Below are positions 38,336-53,134 of a DNA stretch of 64,000 nucleotides, one piece after another; the stretch's first letter is position 1; every line of letters starts with the position of its first letter. A program made the translations under genes and the position numbers. Source of the DNA: Trypethelium eluteriae. Taxonomy: Eukaryota. Where the stretch lies: positions 124,001-188,000 of the forward strand of contig JAVECL010000002.1 of assembly GCA_051942245.1 (NCBI GenBank), given 5' to 3'. Below the pieces are notes generated by a model. That model was not told the origin of the DNA and did no database searches. It saw only the letters and a program-made list of their open reading frames with translations.

Positions 38336-39986
38336 CGTCTGGTCGACAAAGCATCACTGTGAATCCGTAGGAAAGTCTGTAATCCCAGGCAAATAGTGTC
38401 CTTGTAGGTGCGACAGACTTTTAGCGACTAGTCAGCAATCGACGGACACTCGGAAATGCTCGCACCCTCGCGGTACTCGGTGCGCTGATTAAAACGCATC
38501 ACGCTGATCGGCTAAGGGTTCTGAGGCGTAGCACTATCTCTGAACCGCACCTAGCTCCGGCGCAAAGCGAGGTTACCCATCAAAACTCAAAGCAGGACCC
38601 ATATGTTCCTGCCTGGATCTTTCCCTCAAAGGAGAAGATCTTTCTCTTGTACACCGTCAAGACGCATCCGATTATTGGAGTAAAATATAGTTTGGATCCC
38701 CAAAAAGATTCGCACAAGAACGATGAGAGTTAAACCAATCGTTGGAAGATCTGTAATCCAGTGTATCGAGGAAATACCTTCACGTCCGGATTTTTCGAAT
38801 CAATGCTGGTCCAGATGCTCCTGGTAATTCGCGTCAGTCATCGAACTCAAAGTGGTGGAGTACTTCACAACCACGTTAGCTCGAATCAAACAATGGTATT
38901 GGAAAGCCATGAGCAACAGTAGGAAAGGTAGCTCTGGGGCGTTCTGGCGCCGTAGAGCACCGGCCTTCACTGAGTTTCGAACAATCGACTCTCTCAATCC
39001 AATCGTAGTGAAGAAAAGGCGGACGGCTCTGCACGAATCATGTAGGAAGGGGTTTCCGTAGCGTGGTTTGCAATGTAGAGGCGCATGAGGATTGTGTTTG
39101 AAGATCGGCTGAGGATCGGATTGCAGACGAATGGCGAATTAGAAATGACAGATTTGGTGAAACATTTTGCACCAATGGCAAAAGTCCGACAGCGGTATGA
39201 AGGCGATCGTGAAGTAGGTGGACTGCCTCGGTACGAGAAGTGGCTTAAGCCTTCGAACTATTGGTCCCACATACCTTTTTAGCTGTCGGACTTTGTCTCG
39301 CTAATATTACTGGTCGGCGAAAAAGACATTATTCCAGGTCAAGGTGGAAGACACAAAGCTCTGCCACCGAATTGCCCATATCGGTGGCTATTTGAATGAA
39401 TAAGTAAGAGGTGAAATGCTACTGGACTATGATTGGAACGGATCAGTGACAAGATGTTATTTCCGAGAAACCAATAAGAAAGGCTTCTTGCAGTCACAAA
39501 GAACAGCAAAATGGAATTCACATGGAAAGTGAAATGGAAAAGTTTCAAGCCCTTTACTCTACCGAAGTCGTTAGATGAAGAAGATTGTAACGGAGAAACC
39601 AAACTCGTTAAGGATTCCAGGCCACAGCTTCAATGTCATGCTGTATGGTAGTGCAGATGATGCGTGTTGTCTGAAGCATATGGGATGCTGATAACATCAG
39701 ACCTGAGTGCGATGCACTTGGAGAGGTGAATCGGAAAAAGCTGGAGCCAGCTTAGCGTGCCTGGACGGTCTGAAGCTGTGTATGGAGTAAGCACAGATTG
39801 CTCGCTGGTGATAACTACAAAATGTCATTCTGACTCTTGCCGCCCAAGTTTTGTCCCGGGCCGGTCCGAAGCTCGAGCAGGAATCTGGATCTCCCTCTCG
39901 TTCCTCGACAAGTCAACAATAAGGTAAACCTACACCTCGCTTGTCTTCCTGCATATTCCATAGCTCCTCGGAACGACTTCTTAACG

Positions 39987-40323
39987 ATGGCTTTTGCCTG
40001 GAAAGCTGCAGGCATTACGTATGGATCACTGATCTTCGATCAATGGCGGGAGCTTATGGAACGCAGATACAACAGATACCTCGCCGTCGCATCCCGCGCC
40101 GTCCGCCGTTCACTCAAAGAGGACAAGCGATTGCAAGCAGAGCGCAGAGGAGAGATGGATCTGAGATTCGCCAAGTGGGAGGTAAGCTTTCACAGTAAAG
40201 ATGCAATGGAGTGGTGGGGAACTGATGAATCTCCTATAGAGCGGTCGGCAGGGGGAGAACAAGAGTCTGGCAAGCGCAAACGAAGCGGCAATGGCTGAAG
40301 CAGCAAGCGGAGGACAACAATAG
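39987..40323 (+). CDS. ATP15: Mitochondrial ATP synthase epsilon subunit, 3 exons
   Basis: MAFAWKAAGIT|YNRYLAVASRAVRRSLKEDKRLQAERRGEMDLRFAKWE|SGRQGE...*. Confidence 0.93.
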
Positions 40324-40582
40324 CGGAAGATGTGAGCACGGATATGGGTTGTCAATGTTGAAGCATGGTGGTGGCCGTGGAGGCAACATGTACATTTTCT
40401 AGCAAATGATCGAGGCCGGCCTTTTTGCCCGTATTCAAGTGGGCTTGCCAAGCTCCAACAAGTGCCATCACTTTACATTCTCAGTTCCTCCACTTCCTCA
40501 GAAGATAATGGTGAAGCATTCCTGTAATGTCTTATTCGGTTGATAGGAATGATTTAGCCGAAGGTCGGTAGATCGGCGCAAC

Positions 40583-43500
40583 ATGCCTTCTCTGACTTGT
40601 GAATCACCCAACTTACATTTCTCGGCTCATTCAGCGGCATCGCGGCTTCGGATAGACAATTCCCAAGAGTCACCAACAGAATACAGTTTTGTGACCCCTG
40701 AGGGAACATCTGCCATACCCAAACCTCCCAAATCTGGGCCGAGTTTTCACGATATCACTACAACATTTCAAGCAGCGTCCATAGGTATGAGCCTGAGATT
40801 CTATTCGTTGTCATCTCGAATTTTCTTTCACACGAGCCCACCACTGATCGGTTGTTGAGCTTCACCATGAATATCGCAACACGAAGCATCGCTATGATCG
40901 ATAGACGATAGCTCTTCGGCTTTGCGCTTTCTTTCCTCTGATACATTTCACGTGACGTTTGTTAGACACGTTCTTTGTACGAGCCGGAATTCTTTCCACC
41001 TCGATGTGTGGAATTGTGTTTGTGGATACATCACGTCTTCGAAAGTGCTTTCAAGCTCCTCCAATCATCATCTCATAAAAGAGGAAACACTAAACCTGGA
41101 AGAGTACGCTGACTTCTGCTTCAGCTCTAAGACCAGGCCAATTGGTCAAAGATGAATTCTTCACCTTATTCGAGTCTGTTGGGGCTCTGGAGGTAACGGA
41201 GGATTGACATCTTTTTATTAGCTCTACTAAGTCAATTTTCGCCAGATTATGGACCCAAAAATGGACAGCGGTTGCCTTGAAGCGGGCGAAATGCTAGAAG
41301 ATGACTATGATGTTCATCGCGAATTATTACCAGAAGAAGTCATTGCTGTCATGGACCAAATACTCTGTCACGAGGTGAGAACATCCTTTCGTATTGACGG
41401 TCACCAGGATATTGATCTTTCAGATGGCTTGGCATCAAGGCTATCCGCTCTCCCAAACCGTTCTCTCCTCCGTGTATATCGACCGACTTCTATGGCCGGA
41501 CCCTAAAATGCTTGAGGATGCGAATTTTGATCGCAAAAGTCAAGGACTAGCTGCTAAATACCTTCTGGTTGACACTGTGCTTCGAGCGTATTGCATGGGT
41601 GTCGTAAAGTGTTGTGACCATGTCCTCCGCAAGATAATCTCCGAACATTATTACGAAGAGGAAGACTTTGCAACGCATACACACAACCGCGACCTACTGA
41701 ACGGCTTCGAAGCGGATGAGATCCTTTTAGTCTTGGAACAAGCACGGCATTGGATGAAAGAGCAAAGCACAATCAAGCCTTCGCTGACCAAAGATCTCGT
41801 CGCCCGACTCGACTTAAGAACGGAGATGTTGCGCGCATTCTCAAACGACCTTCCTGACACAATTATCTTTGATCGCATCCAGAGCCTGGTCAATACCGTC
41901 CGAGCGACCGTCGATGTAGGAAAACCAGTAAAGGAAGCTTTCAGTGAGAAGATTCAGCGCCGCCTGGCAAGCACGACGCCGCCGAAGCCGGTTATCGAAA
42001 TTGGCACTGAAGAGGCCTTTAAAAAGCTTGAGCGGATTTGTGCTGATCTTCGAGGAGCTCAAAGGATCTGTAAAATAGACTGGATAGATAGTCCAGCAAA
42101 TCTGAGAGTAAGTACGGCTATAACTTGAGGGCCTAGGGAGCTTAGCTCTCAGCGGGGATGAGTGGTCCACGGGGCTTTGAAGAAGAGCTTAAACCTCATT
42201 TAATCCACGCATCTTTCTCAAGCTATCTCTACCTTTTAGCTGACCATCAATCTCCAGAATTTCTTATGGGCCTTTGCTTCACGAAAACCACGGCCGCTAC
42301 CATTTCCCCGCGCTTTCCTTCAATCTCTTATCTTCTCAAGAGGCGATAATGACGGCGATGGAATTATGCGCCGCCTTCTTCTCGCTGATTTAAAAGAACT
42401 TACCCTATCCGAAGATCCTCTTCTCGATCCCGCCAACTGGAAGGTTGAGGTACCCTCGGATTCGCGACATCGCATAGCAGAACGAATAGATTCATTCGCT
42501 TTCAGAGCGACGCAGGTAGAACAAAAATTCGATCCTGCTTACAAATAGAGTTATTGACTGCTCATAGGACTATTCGGATCTTTTCCGCTCATTGTGCCAG
42601 AATCGATGTCGGATACGCCGGACCCTTTGCCACGTTGTGCAAACATTCGAGTACCTTCAAATTGATGCTGAAAACATCGATTCTGATCTACACGCTCTGA
42701 CTCACCAGGCTCCTATCGTCAATCATGATCTCAGTGATCAGCCTTTGTACCAATACCCGTTATCTTCTTGGACTTACCATCAGAAATTGCGTCAAATGGA
42801 GTGGATAGTACAACTTGGCTTCGAGCAAGATATTTACCTACCGGACGAGCTCGCTGGAATGTATAGGTCGGTAATCTCCCTCATTTCATCAATCGCCTTA
42901 AGTTGATAAACTGCCAGTTTCCTAGAATCCACAGTGTCAAATCGTATTAACCACCTAGGCCGGATCAGCACTTTCCTCAAGCGAAACCAAGATCTCGCCT
43001 ATGAGAGTAGGAATGGTGACCGCATGTCTAATGTCCAAAAGTCCCTCAGCTGGAATAGCGCTCTTATCGAAGAAGGAGCTGGAATATTCTACCTCTCCAC
43101 AGCTCTGGGAATGCTCTATGCGGTCTTGAATGCTCTATACCTCATTCCTCTACCTCCACGCCCATTCAGCAATGCAGGGTTCCGTTACGAACTTCGTATG
43201 AAGCCTTTCCTCGGTCTTTCAATCCCACCAATAATACCATTAGAAGAGTTCCAGGAGCGGTGCCACGTGGTCCTGAGGAACCCCAAAGATTTTGAGGCCA
43301 GACTGCAGTCAATCGATGAGGCGGTGCGAGAGGCGAAGAAGCAATTCGCGTCGTTGCAGAAGCGAAGCTCTGAGGATGTCCGAGCGATTGGTGTGGAAGA
43401 AAGTTGGAATAAGGGTTGGGTTTCATCGTGCTTGATGGCATGCATTGCAACAGGGTTGGCGGTGGCAACGCTCCAGAAAGTGCAGACAGCACATTGTCGG

Positions 43501-43605
43501 AGCAAGATGGTGGACTTGACGACTTTGGTAGGTGTAGAAATTCCGGAGGTAGAGGAGAGGTATCACGAGTGGTGGATCGTTCCGAGGATCACACAAGTCA
43601 AATAG
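40583..43605 (+). CDS. MAK10: NatC N-terminal acetyltransferase auxiliary subunit Mak10/NAA35, multi-exon
   Basis: DITTTFQAAS|ALRPGQLVKDEFFTLFESVGALE|IMDPKMDSG, HE|MAWHQGYPLSQT, YYEEEDF, CQNRCRIRRTLCH, PLSSWTYHQKL, LGFEQDIY.PDE, RYELRMKPF. Start codon least certain. Confidence 0.9.
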
Positions 43606-43786
43606 GGTTGGCATTTCTTCACGTATTTCATATTCGCTAAAATATCCATCCAATCTCTGAGTAAGAGACGGATAGGAAGTGCTCACATATCTTGAGAGAT
43701 TTGGACATGTATACACATAGAGGACATTACGAAAACTACGACATATTATCTTGAGAGAATAGAATGCCCAAAACCTTTCCCGTACA

Positions 43787-44943
43787 TTACAATATCGCAG
43801 TCCCATTGACATGCGATGCGACGCCGCCTGGCACATTCGCCGGAGCACTTGTAAAAAAAAAGAACCACCGCCCTCTCTCCCTACACTTCCTGGCCAACCC
43901 CTCCAAATCTAGCATCTCCCCCAAAGGCATGCCCCACAATGCCAATATGTACTCGTGCAGCATCCAGCTTTCATGACTTGGCCAGGCTTCGAATGTGGGT
44001 GCATCGCTCGCCACAGCTGCAAAGTAGCAATCATGCAACCAGTCTAGTACACGCTCCTCCTGGCTCAAACCGGCATAACGCTGGCCATCCTCTTTGCCCA
44101 GCACATGCTTGCGCAATCCCAGACGGTCACGCTCTTCGGGACTCTTGGCCCAATATTGCTCTGTCCATCCTGTGCGCACGAGTAGCATGTCTCCGATTTT
44201 AATATCTCCTCCTTGACTTTGCGGGCGTATATCGATGCCCTGGTCCTTGCCGCAGTGATATAACTCCTCATAACTGATAGGGTAATAATCATATGGGTCA
44301 TATGCGATCCCCTTCTTCGTGGCGTAGCCTCGGTAGTCGAGGAGGATGCCACGCCCTGCAATGCCGTGCTCAGCCCAGTGGTGAATGCTGCATTTAGCAT
44401 TGGCTTTAGGACCTAGGATGTCGGCACCCTTGGTATTGTTGTAGAAGGACTGAGTGGACATGTGGGCAAAGTGACGAAAACCATCCCACTGGGTGCCGGA
44501 CTGCGTGTTCATGTGGTAAATGTCGTCGTACGCTATGTTTTCTGCAAGAGGCTTGATTTCATGTTGGAAGGATTCTCGATTGAAAGCTGGTTGATTGGGA
44601 TGAGTTAGAGGCAGACTGAGGAGTGTTTTCGTATAAGTACATGGCATTAAAATATATGATGGTGTTGAGAATACTTTACGGGAACAATCTCTCCAGTGCG
44701 AACTTCTTTCGCCGCTGCTGCCACACGCGATGGAGTAAGGAGATTGAGGCGTCCAATATAATCGTCATCGCCCCAAACCCAAGCAGCTCCATCCGGAGCG
44801 CCAGGGATTTGTGGTAACTCCTTACGATTGGGAAAGCGGGTGCTATCAGGATCCCACGGCAGAGTTGTCGCCGTTTTATTCATTGTAAGTAAGTCGCGAA
44901 TCTGCGTAAGTCTTTGATTTGTAGTGTTTTTTGGATCCGTCAT
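43787..44943 (-). CDS. Putative cyclase / kynurenine-formamidase-like metal-dependent hydrolase, 2 exons
   Basis: AWVWGDDDYIGRLNLLTP, NTQSGTQWDGFRHF, GIAGRGILLD, GDMLLVRTG, AVASDAPTFE, LHEYILALWGMPLGEMLDL. Confidence 0.85.
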
Positions 44944-45691
44944 GGTTATGTGGGGTTAAAAGTTGTTGGACTCGTCAAGTCTGGCAATAGGTGTTGTTGT
45001 AGCACCGATCCACGTTCAAGCCTATACGATACTCATGCTTCGCTACTTAGTTGGCACCCCGCATCGAAGAAGGCTTGCAGGGGTAATTTGGTGGAGAGGA
45101 ACACTGGAGCTACAAGTTATCCGAGGTCGCAGCGCCGCCAGTAGCAAATGCAAGCCTACCTAGGTACTTTGAAGAACTATAAGAATCCCCCATAGGTCAG
45201 GTGAATTTTAGAGGGCGGCGAGTCGAGGGAAGCTCCATGTATGCTGTCCGATCTCGAATGAGACCTCAATCTGGCAGTGCTGAGGCATGAGTGGCTTCTG
45301 TTCAGTAGCCTGATTGGCAAGTGCTTGTATCGATTACCCTGCCACCACGAACATGTTGCAGCAATGCAGTGCGAGGAGAAAGTCCCGATGGGACGGAAGT
45401 GGAGAGTCAGCTGATCACGGGAATTCGCGCCTTAGCGTGGGATACGCGAGACGTTTAGATACCTTCCCGGAGATCCGTTTGACACGATAGCACATAAAGG
45501 AAAGTAGAAGGATATTCATATATCTCAAATTGCTTTACTAGTTGAGTTTGATCTCGAGCAGCAATCCTGTCTTTCTACGCAAAAGCCCCTCATGCGGAAC
45601 CCAACATTTCTGCTCCATTGATCTGGGTCTCGACTGCTCGATCCGAAGTTCGGAGACCACAACCCTCATATTTCTGTTTCAAACTCGAGCT

Positions 45692-46938
45692 TCATGACCG
45701 TGATCCATCCAAGCTAAGATCTTGAGTCCATGACTCTTTCCCTGGGTGATCATGGTATACGCATGTGTCGTACTTGGGCAGTAATGGATGAGGCATTGCG
45801 AAAAGCCTTTTACCCGCCGCGATGGCGACATCGAATAGGAATGGAGCTGCATCTGAGACCACTTCCTGGCTAGCACTATCCGAGAAAGACTGGAGCGATT
45901 TTGACTGGACGGTGATATCTACGAGCAATCGGCGGAGTTCCGAGCCATCGGTAGCGCTTGTGTTGTGGTAGACATGTGCGGCAGTCCTGAGATCAGGATA
46001 AATTTGCTCATGCCGGCACTTTTCGATGATTGCATTGACTGCGGCATTCTTCAATAGTCTTATCTGCCATTCCTTTCCGAACAGGTACGTCTCGCATAGA
46101 AGCGACAATTCCAGGGTCTTTGTGCGTGTCCCAGCAATTTCGTCACAGAAACGCTGGGTGTAAAGCCAATTGCGGAACGTTCGAACAACTTCAATGCTGG
46201 AGTCAAGCTCCAGCGAAGTAGTTGCGCTCTGCATATCTGCGGATTGGCGAGAGAGGCGTATCGAAAAAGCATATGAAAAGTGGTTAAGCAAGCTTCGATG
46301 GACGGTGAATCGAGTGTTGTCAGCTACAAGTTGGACCGCTTCGTCATACAGGTTGCTGTTATACTTTCAGCTTCACGCCTTTGATTGAATGTGAATAATC
46401 TATCGGCGACTTACCCCGATAAGGATTTCAGTATATGCTCATCCTTCGAACAAGTATAACCATCGAAAAGCCCCCCAGTAGCACATTGTTCAACGGTACG
46501 TAGAGTGGCGTCGGACGCGCCTTTTGCTCCGCGTTTCATACTAGCTGCTGCTATACTGTCATTGCGAGGAACTTTGGGCGAAGTCTGGGAGTAGGCAAAG
46601 GAGACCTCGGATGCAGTGGTTCGTGCTTTAGTCGCTGATTCCATGGATGCTATACTAGGCATGGCTTGTGACTTGGGTACATGCTTTTCAGTCTTGATTT
46701 CTCCTTGTTTCGGTAGAGTTGAAATGTTACCTTCAACCGGGGTGCTGGCTTTGATTTCTATTGAAGCATCAGTATTTGCAAAAGAAAACGTGTTCATGCC
46801 CAAACCGGAATGTGACGGAAGCGGTTTATCTGACTCTAGTGGCTCTGAAGGAACACACTGTTTATCTTTGGTATCTTGCTTTTCCTGTTCCTTCAAACCC
46901 AGGCTGAAGATCGAGCTGTTTGAAGCAGACTGCGACAT
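45692..46938 (-). CDS. BTB/POZ-domain protein with disordered N-terminus, 2 exons
   Basis: Intron 46414-46356 joins the exons in frame to VQLVADNTRFTVHRSLLNHFSYAF...FRNWLYTQ...LCETYLFG.EWQI..LKNAAV, a fungal BTB pattern. Confidence 0.7.
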
Positions 46939-49164
46939 TATGAGACATAATATTATGCCCGAGAGGGGTGGTTTTGCGCGCGCTGTATTGCAAAGTATAG
47001 AGGAAAAAGAGAGAAGATCTTCAGATGTACCTTTACCTTGAGAAGAGCAAGCTAACGTATGACCAGGGTGTGTGATGTAGATCGCGTGTCACACATATGT
47101 AACTTAATCAAGTGATGTGATACAGTAATACTTTTTGGTTAAAAATATTGCAGGCAATTTCAGGAAAATATTGAATGCCAACACGTTCTGAACTGTTCTG
47201 GTTTTCCTAGACATTGCTTTACAACGAGCTACTGCTTTCTATGAGAATATTTTAGTATTTTCACCTCGTCCACCTACCAACTTCCTACTCCATGCACGTA
47301 TTCGGACCATTTGTACGGATCTGATTGTCTGCCTCACCTCATTATCTACAAACCTCCAAGTTTGACTTCACATGCCGTAGCCAAGAACTTCGATATATTT
47401 GCCGCCGTCGCTGAATAGTAGCTCCAATCAATCCAGCCTTCACTTGGTCTTTATTCCTATAAGACATACCATGGCGCAGTCGTTTGATATCAAGGGCCTG
47501 CAGAAAAGATATGCTATAGATACTTTCATCATACAACATCATGGCTGACCCAGCTTCTGCTAGGGTCACAAATCTACAATTCCCGCTCTGTGAAAACCCA
47601 AAGGGCTCCCTATCTTGTGCACTTTGCGATTCTACTCGACCAAGCGATAAGCAAGGAACATGGAAACCACATGAGTTAGACGAGTCAAACTGTTAGCACA
47701 AGCTGAAACACAAACTTACTGATACCGCAATAAAGGGAATTTATCTGACATAGGTGACTCCAAACGCTCTCTGAAGAGATGAGCGACATAGACCAGGTAG
47801 CGCTGGCTGCTCTCATACACAATACTCTTCACAATACAGTACAAGCTTCACGAAGGGGAAGATATGTCACGAAGCAAGGGGTACTTTGAGAAAAATCTCC
47901 CAGAGATGCGGACGACGAAGCTGAAAATTCGAAGGGAGAGTAAAGGAAGCAACATTAGACTTGACAACAGCTCTGAGCCCACAATGGAGAGATGTTGCCG
48001 TGTTGCCTTGGGACTTCTAAACGGCAAGAAAATCAATGTTTTCGCGCAGGTGTCAACCCCCATATCCAGTCAGGAAACGGTGAGGCTTGGCACGTAGCAT
48101 CTAGTGGCAGAAACATCATAGAATGCGACAAAGAACAGTACGCAATAACGCACCTGTCCGGATAGGGCTATCGCACTCTTCATAGGCTTCATCTCATCCT
48201 ACACATGCTTATACGGCCTTCCTTCAGGTCGTCGCCATTCGTGCTTACAGTTATTGGACAAAACTGTCCGCACGCTGGTGCGGCAAATTTGGTTGGGGGT
48301 GCCGGAGCACCTTTCACTGTACGCCCTACTTAATATTCCCAGCAGGTATGAGGATCAAACACCTAGGTAGCCGAGCTTCGAAGCGTTCACGAGTATCGGG
48401 AAGGTCTTCCTAGCGTCCAATTAGATTTGGCCTTTTTAATACTCCTTACGATCCTGCTTTTAAAAGGGATTCGTAGCTTAAGGAGACGTATCAAGGCATG
48501 GATGCTGAGAACAACGGTGCCTGATCGTGTTCGGCAGTCGAGGCAGAATTTGACGAATAATCTTTGTTGGACGCGGAAACGCAGGCGGCAAGGTTCGCAG
48601 GCGACAGATATAGAAGGACAGTGGACAACGGTGTTGTCAGGAATATGCCCTTCGGGTAGCGGAAGGGCCGCCTACAATTCGCATGACTGGGAATCGGACA
48701 GATGCAAGTTAAGTAAAGGCATGAAATTCATGCTTCAGCCTGCAGTTCTCGAAAAGCAAAGCTACACATTTGATTAACAATGACACAGCTTCGACGAGGC
48801 CAAGTCAGGTAATAAGGTATTCATTTTCGCGTACAATGTAGCTCAATGTGAGCCACACGAGACAGAGAGATGACCCTCTCTAGACACGACTAGTTCTCCT
48901 CACGAACGATAATGCTCTCACAAAATCGGATTGGAAGATTGATTGTTTCACATGGAGCCGAACACCAAAAGGACGAAAGGCGCGGAAAACTGGATCCCAC
49001 ACGTGATTTTGACAACCTCGGGCCTGAGAGCCTTACTAGGAACGGTGTTCTCCCTGTCCTCGAGCCTTTTTCGCTTGATGTCAGATGTTTTCCACCTTCT
49101 TTTTTTCCTTGTCAAATCTTGTTATATGCAAGCAAAAAAGAAGCGGGTTTGAGTTGCGCCGAGA

Positions 49165-50502
49165 ATGTCCGCAGTGCCACAGTTACGGGCCTTAGGCGGC
49201 GTTATCGGACTCAGCGCTGTTCTTGCATTAACTGCTGTTCATCCCTACTCGAGGCAAATTCTAAGTAATAATATATCCTACCCTCTGCCGAAGGGAACAT
49301 GGCGTGCGATCGCTATCATCTTTGCCATACTCAATCTGAAAAATGTACCCTTAGTCTGGCATGTAAGTATCCATGTCCTCTTCTCAGAGCATAAGAAGTC
49401 ATAAATCTCCAACTCTGTTAGAGAGCTAGCTGACCCGAGCTGATATCAATTCCAATAGTTTCGTGTTTTCCGCTCGATGTTAGTTCAGCTGATTGAGCGT
49501 CAACGGCGTCCATTTCCTCCTCGCGCGCTCTTCCTTCCCCTTATTACCAAGTCCGCTTGGACACCCCTCCTCGAACTCGATTACAACTTACACAAATCCA
49601 ACTCTACCTACTTCGCTGATCTCGACGTTGCGCGAGCGCAGCTTATGTTATGTCTCCTCCGCACAGGGATCCAGCGTCTCATGAAAGGCGAGGAGTCTAC
49701 GATGGTTGAAGAGACACGACGTAGTGGCTCAGTGGCTAGGTACGGAGTAGAAAACCATGCGCAGGAAGCCTTGAAGGGAGGGGGAAAGTTCTTGATTGCT
49801 TTAGGAGGAATCAGCTGCCATTTCAAAAAGGAGATCAAGGCATACAGTGGTTACGAAATCTGGACGAGGGTGCTCAGCTGGGATCGGAAATGGATTTATT
49901 TAGTGTCACACATCGTGAAGAGGGGGTTGGCGAAGCCAGAGGAGTACGTATTACAAACGGGACGGTGGGGCGGGAGGAGCACGGAATTAAGGGGTAATAA
50001 GGAGAAGGAAACTAGCGAGGAGGCAAGAGCGAGAAGGAAGGAGGAGTGGAAGAGTGGAATATATGCGACAAGTGTGGCGAAATACGTGGTGAAGAGGGGG
50101 AGGATAACAATTCCGCCAGAGTTGGTCCTTGAGCGCTCCAAACTATTACCACCACGTCCACCTGAACGGAAGGAGGATCCGATCTCGAAACCTATGCTTG
50201 AGGGCGACGAAAACGCAGATCAGTCAATGATCTCGGTCGAAGCTGCTCAATCAATGCAGGACACAAGTAAGAAGAGTGCCGTCCTAGTCAATGGTGCAGA
50301 GACGTCAGACATGAGCTCCGCGAATGCCACATGTGACAGCACTACCTCTGACGAAGATGGTTGGGATTGGGAGGCATGCGAGAAGAAGCGACTCGAAGGG
50401 CTCAAATTTGCGGAGATGTTTGCTGGACTTGATGCTCTTCACGATGAGTTTGATGGTGGAGTTGATGGAGTTCTTGGGTCATACGTCGATCTTTTTTGGT
50501 AG
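49165..50502 (+). CDS. HotDog-fold thioesterase-family protein, 2 exons
   Basis: LNLKNVPLVWH|FRVF; ELDYNLHKSNSTYFADLDVAR; CHFKKEI..Y..YEIWTRVLSWDRKWIYLVSH. Confidence 0.8.
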
Positions 50503-50695
50503 TGGTGTTGGTTCATGAACTGGATTCATTCTAGACCTCGAATAGACGGGAGGGTTCACATGATATAGATCTCGAGAGGCGAGCTTCGTGGATATACCCA
50601 GCTGATGTTGGACGCCGCTCTTATGTTGCATTAGTGTTGTATATACTGCTACCTAATCCAACATCTATTATGTAGCTGTAGGCCCATTTAGGATA

Positions 50696-52792
50696 TTACC
50701 TCTTCTTCCCCTTCGTCTTATCTAAAACCTCTACCCATTGACTTCTTATGCCTCTTCTTTCCAGAGCCTTAATCACGGCATCTTTTTGTGGGCCTTGAAC
50801 CATGATCTCTTTCTTGTCTTCTTTAGGACTACTTCCAACAAGTTTCTCAACACTTGAACTCCCAGCACAGACTTTCTTCAGCTCCTCAGCCAAGGGCTGT
50901 GGTGGAATGAAAAAGCTCTCTATACCACTGATCTTAGTGACAGTCTTATTGCCGCTACGGGTCTCCAAAGTGATCTTGACCTTTGGAGGCATGCCACTTC
51001 GAGGCTTAGCAGTAGAAAGCTTCTGCTTGTTGCGTAGAATCGCGTGGTGAGGTGAGCAGGAAGTGACGAGGCGGTCAATCAGAGCGTCCCGAGGAACAGT
51101 GCCTTTGGCGATGACCTTAGAGTCCAACGGGGAAGACCCATCAAAAACGACATTTGCTAAAATCGGATTGAGTTCAACCAGACGTTTGTTCGTAGATGAG
51201 ATCAGGTTTTCCGACTCTATATACTTCGTGATTGCAGGTCGAATATCGGCAGCTGAGAAGAGTGAGTTAGAAGACGCCTCGGCTCCAAATATGGGGGACA
51301 GTTTCTCTTTTGGACGGTAAAGAGTCAGAACTTCAATGCTCTGACCGACTGAATCATCTCCGGTATCAATTTCGACAGTCGCCTTGCCCCCGCGACCAAG
51401 GCTTGCGCCAGCAGCTGTCTCTTTTTTGGGTAGTTTATATGGAACGAACTCCAACACCTCTCGATCGTCAAAGTCGATATCTAATATGACTACTTCATTT
51501 CCGTCACGGTCCTTTGTTTTGACGATCTTCTGTTTATCAAGATGTTTCATAAATTTCTTGATATTCTTCCAGCTGGTCTTTTTGATCTGAATGGTCGTTG
51601 ATTGTTCGGGACTATGGATAGGGAGAAAAGGTTGTACAAGGTTAGACATGACAAATGATTGGGACAGAGGGAACTGTAGGCCGAAGTTGTTTTGGCCTTT
51701 ATTTGTCTCCTTGTAATGATGTATGCCATAGAGAAACGCTTTGTAGAACGCCTCGTCGATATCTGTATGTTCGGTTTAGCTGAGTCTCTTTTTGGTAGGC
51801 AAATCTACCTTTCGTTGTCAATTCTGATGTGTTGGCCTGATCGAAGAGTTCATTCTTCGGGGCATCTTCTCCGCTAACATGTTCATTCTTGTCTGACGAG
51901 TTGAGCTCGTGCGAATTAGCATTCCCCAAGGATACACCACCGTCATCTGCATCGTCTTCACCAAGGTCAAGGCCTTCAGCTCGTTGAGCTAGATCTGAGT
52001 TATTCGTAGCATTTTCGTCCCAGCCGTCAAGATGTTCCGGAGCAGTAGTACCTGGCCTACCGTTTGTGCTCCACGCCCAAATCTCATCCCCACACCAATG
52101 GACCGTCCGCACTGCGCGACCCTTTTGACCGTTGACGGAGCCGAGGCGATTGATGTCAATCTCGCAAATGCCTACGGCCATTGGTACAGAAGGAGAATCA
52201 ATGCTTGCAATGGCGACCAGAGAGTCTTTTGTGGCCTTGGAAGGGAACGGAGGTCCGGCGAGCCCAGGTGTCATAAGGTCAGCGCCACCTTGAAGTTTCT
52301 TCACGACAAAATCGGGTGTATGTAAGAGCGGAATGAGTCTAGGATGTTTCCAGAGCGTATAAACTGAGTAGAGAAGTCAGTTGCCTCATCTGAGTCACTG
52401 CGAACCTCATGTCTGACCTGTAGGATATAGCTTGCCCTCAACGTCAACCCACAATATACGTTGTTCGTCACCTGAATACGTTCCAACGTATATCGTGCCT
52501 GAAATTTTCTTGAGATCCGGTCCATGTGTAGTCGAAAATCGAGCAGATTGCGCGTTTTCTGGCAGTAGCGAATTCCTCAAAGAGCTATGCTCTGCCACGG
52601 CAGTGGCTTTGTCTTCGACACTAGCATCCTGGACAGCGGATGATTCGAGACTGAGATCTTTTATTATCTGATCTGCTATGTGACGACGATCAGACGAGCG
52701 GAGGGGCGCCAGCGGTTTAACCTGCATTTCATTGGCAAATGGACGGGGTTGTATTCAAACAAGTTCCTTACATTTGGTTTCTTTTTGAACAT
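50696..52792 (-). CDS. TMA64: eIF2D/Tma64-like translation factor (PUA + SWIB + SUI1 domains), 4 exons
   Basis: MFKKKPN|VKPLAPLRSSDRR; YPT|VYTLW; GGADLMTPG; IKKTSWKNIKKF; SUI1 domain ETRSGNKTVTKISG...EIMVQG. Confidence 0.88.
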
Positions 52793-53134
52793 GATTATAC
52801 TTCTCAGGCAAGTCTCTTAAAATGACTCTATCTGTATGCTCCTTGGATGAGTAGTAACAAAGACGGCAGATCCCAGAACTGAAAGGGAGAGTGCTCTTGA
52901 TGCTTCACGCCATCGTTATGACGTCAGTGCTTTTCCAGGTCTATTCACGCTTCAGCGGAGTATTTTCCGTGGTTTTCAACAGACCTCCACAAAATGCAAG
53001 GCTTTCCTTCTTCGAAGAATTATATTTCATCCACAAGCAGATCCACAGTTCATATGCAAGAGTCTCATGATTTGTGATACGTTTTGAAAATAGACAATGT
53101 TCGCCTGGGTATCTCTCGATCATTTTGTAATGGC

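Noticed and set aside
40785..41124. Unusually long first MAK10 intron as a possible ncRNA host
   Set aside because: No convincing C/D or H/ACA box arrangement seen.
47300..48800. Short ORFs (75-116 aa) in the spacer between the BTB and thioesterase genes
   Set aside because: No recognisable motifs or consistent splice model.
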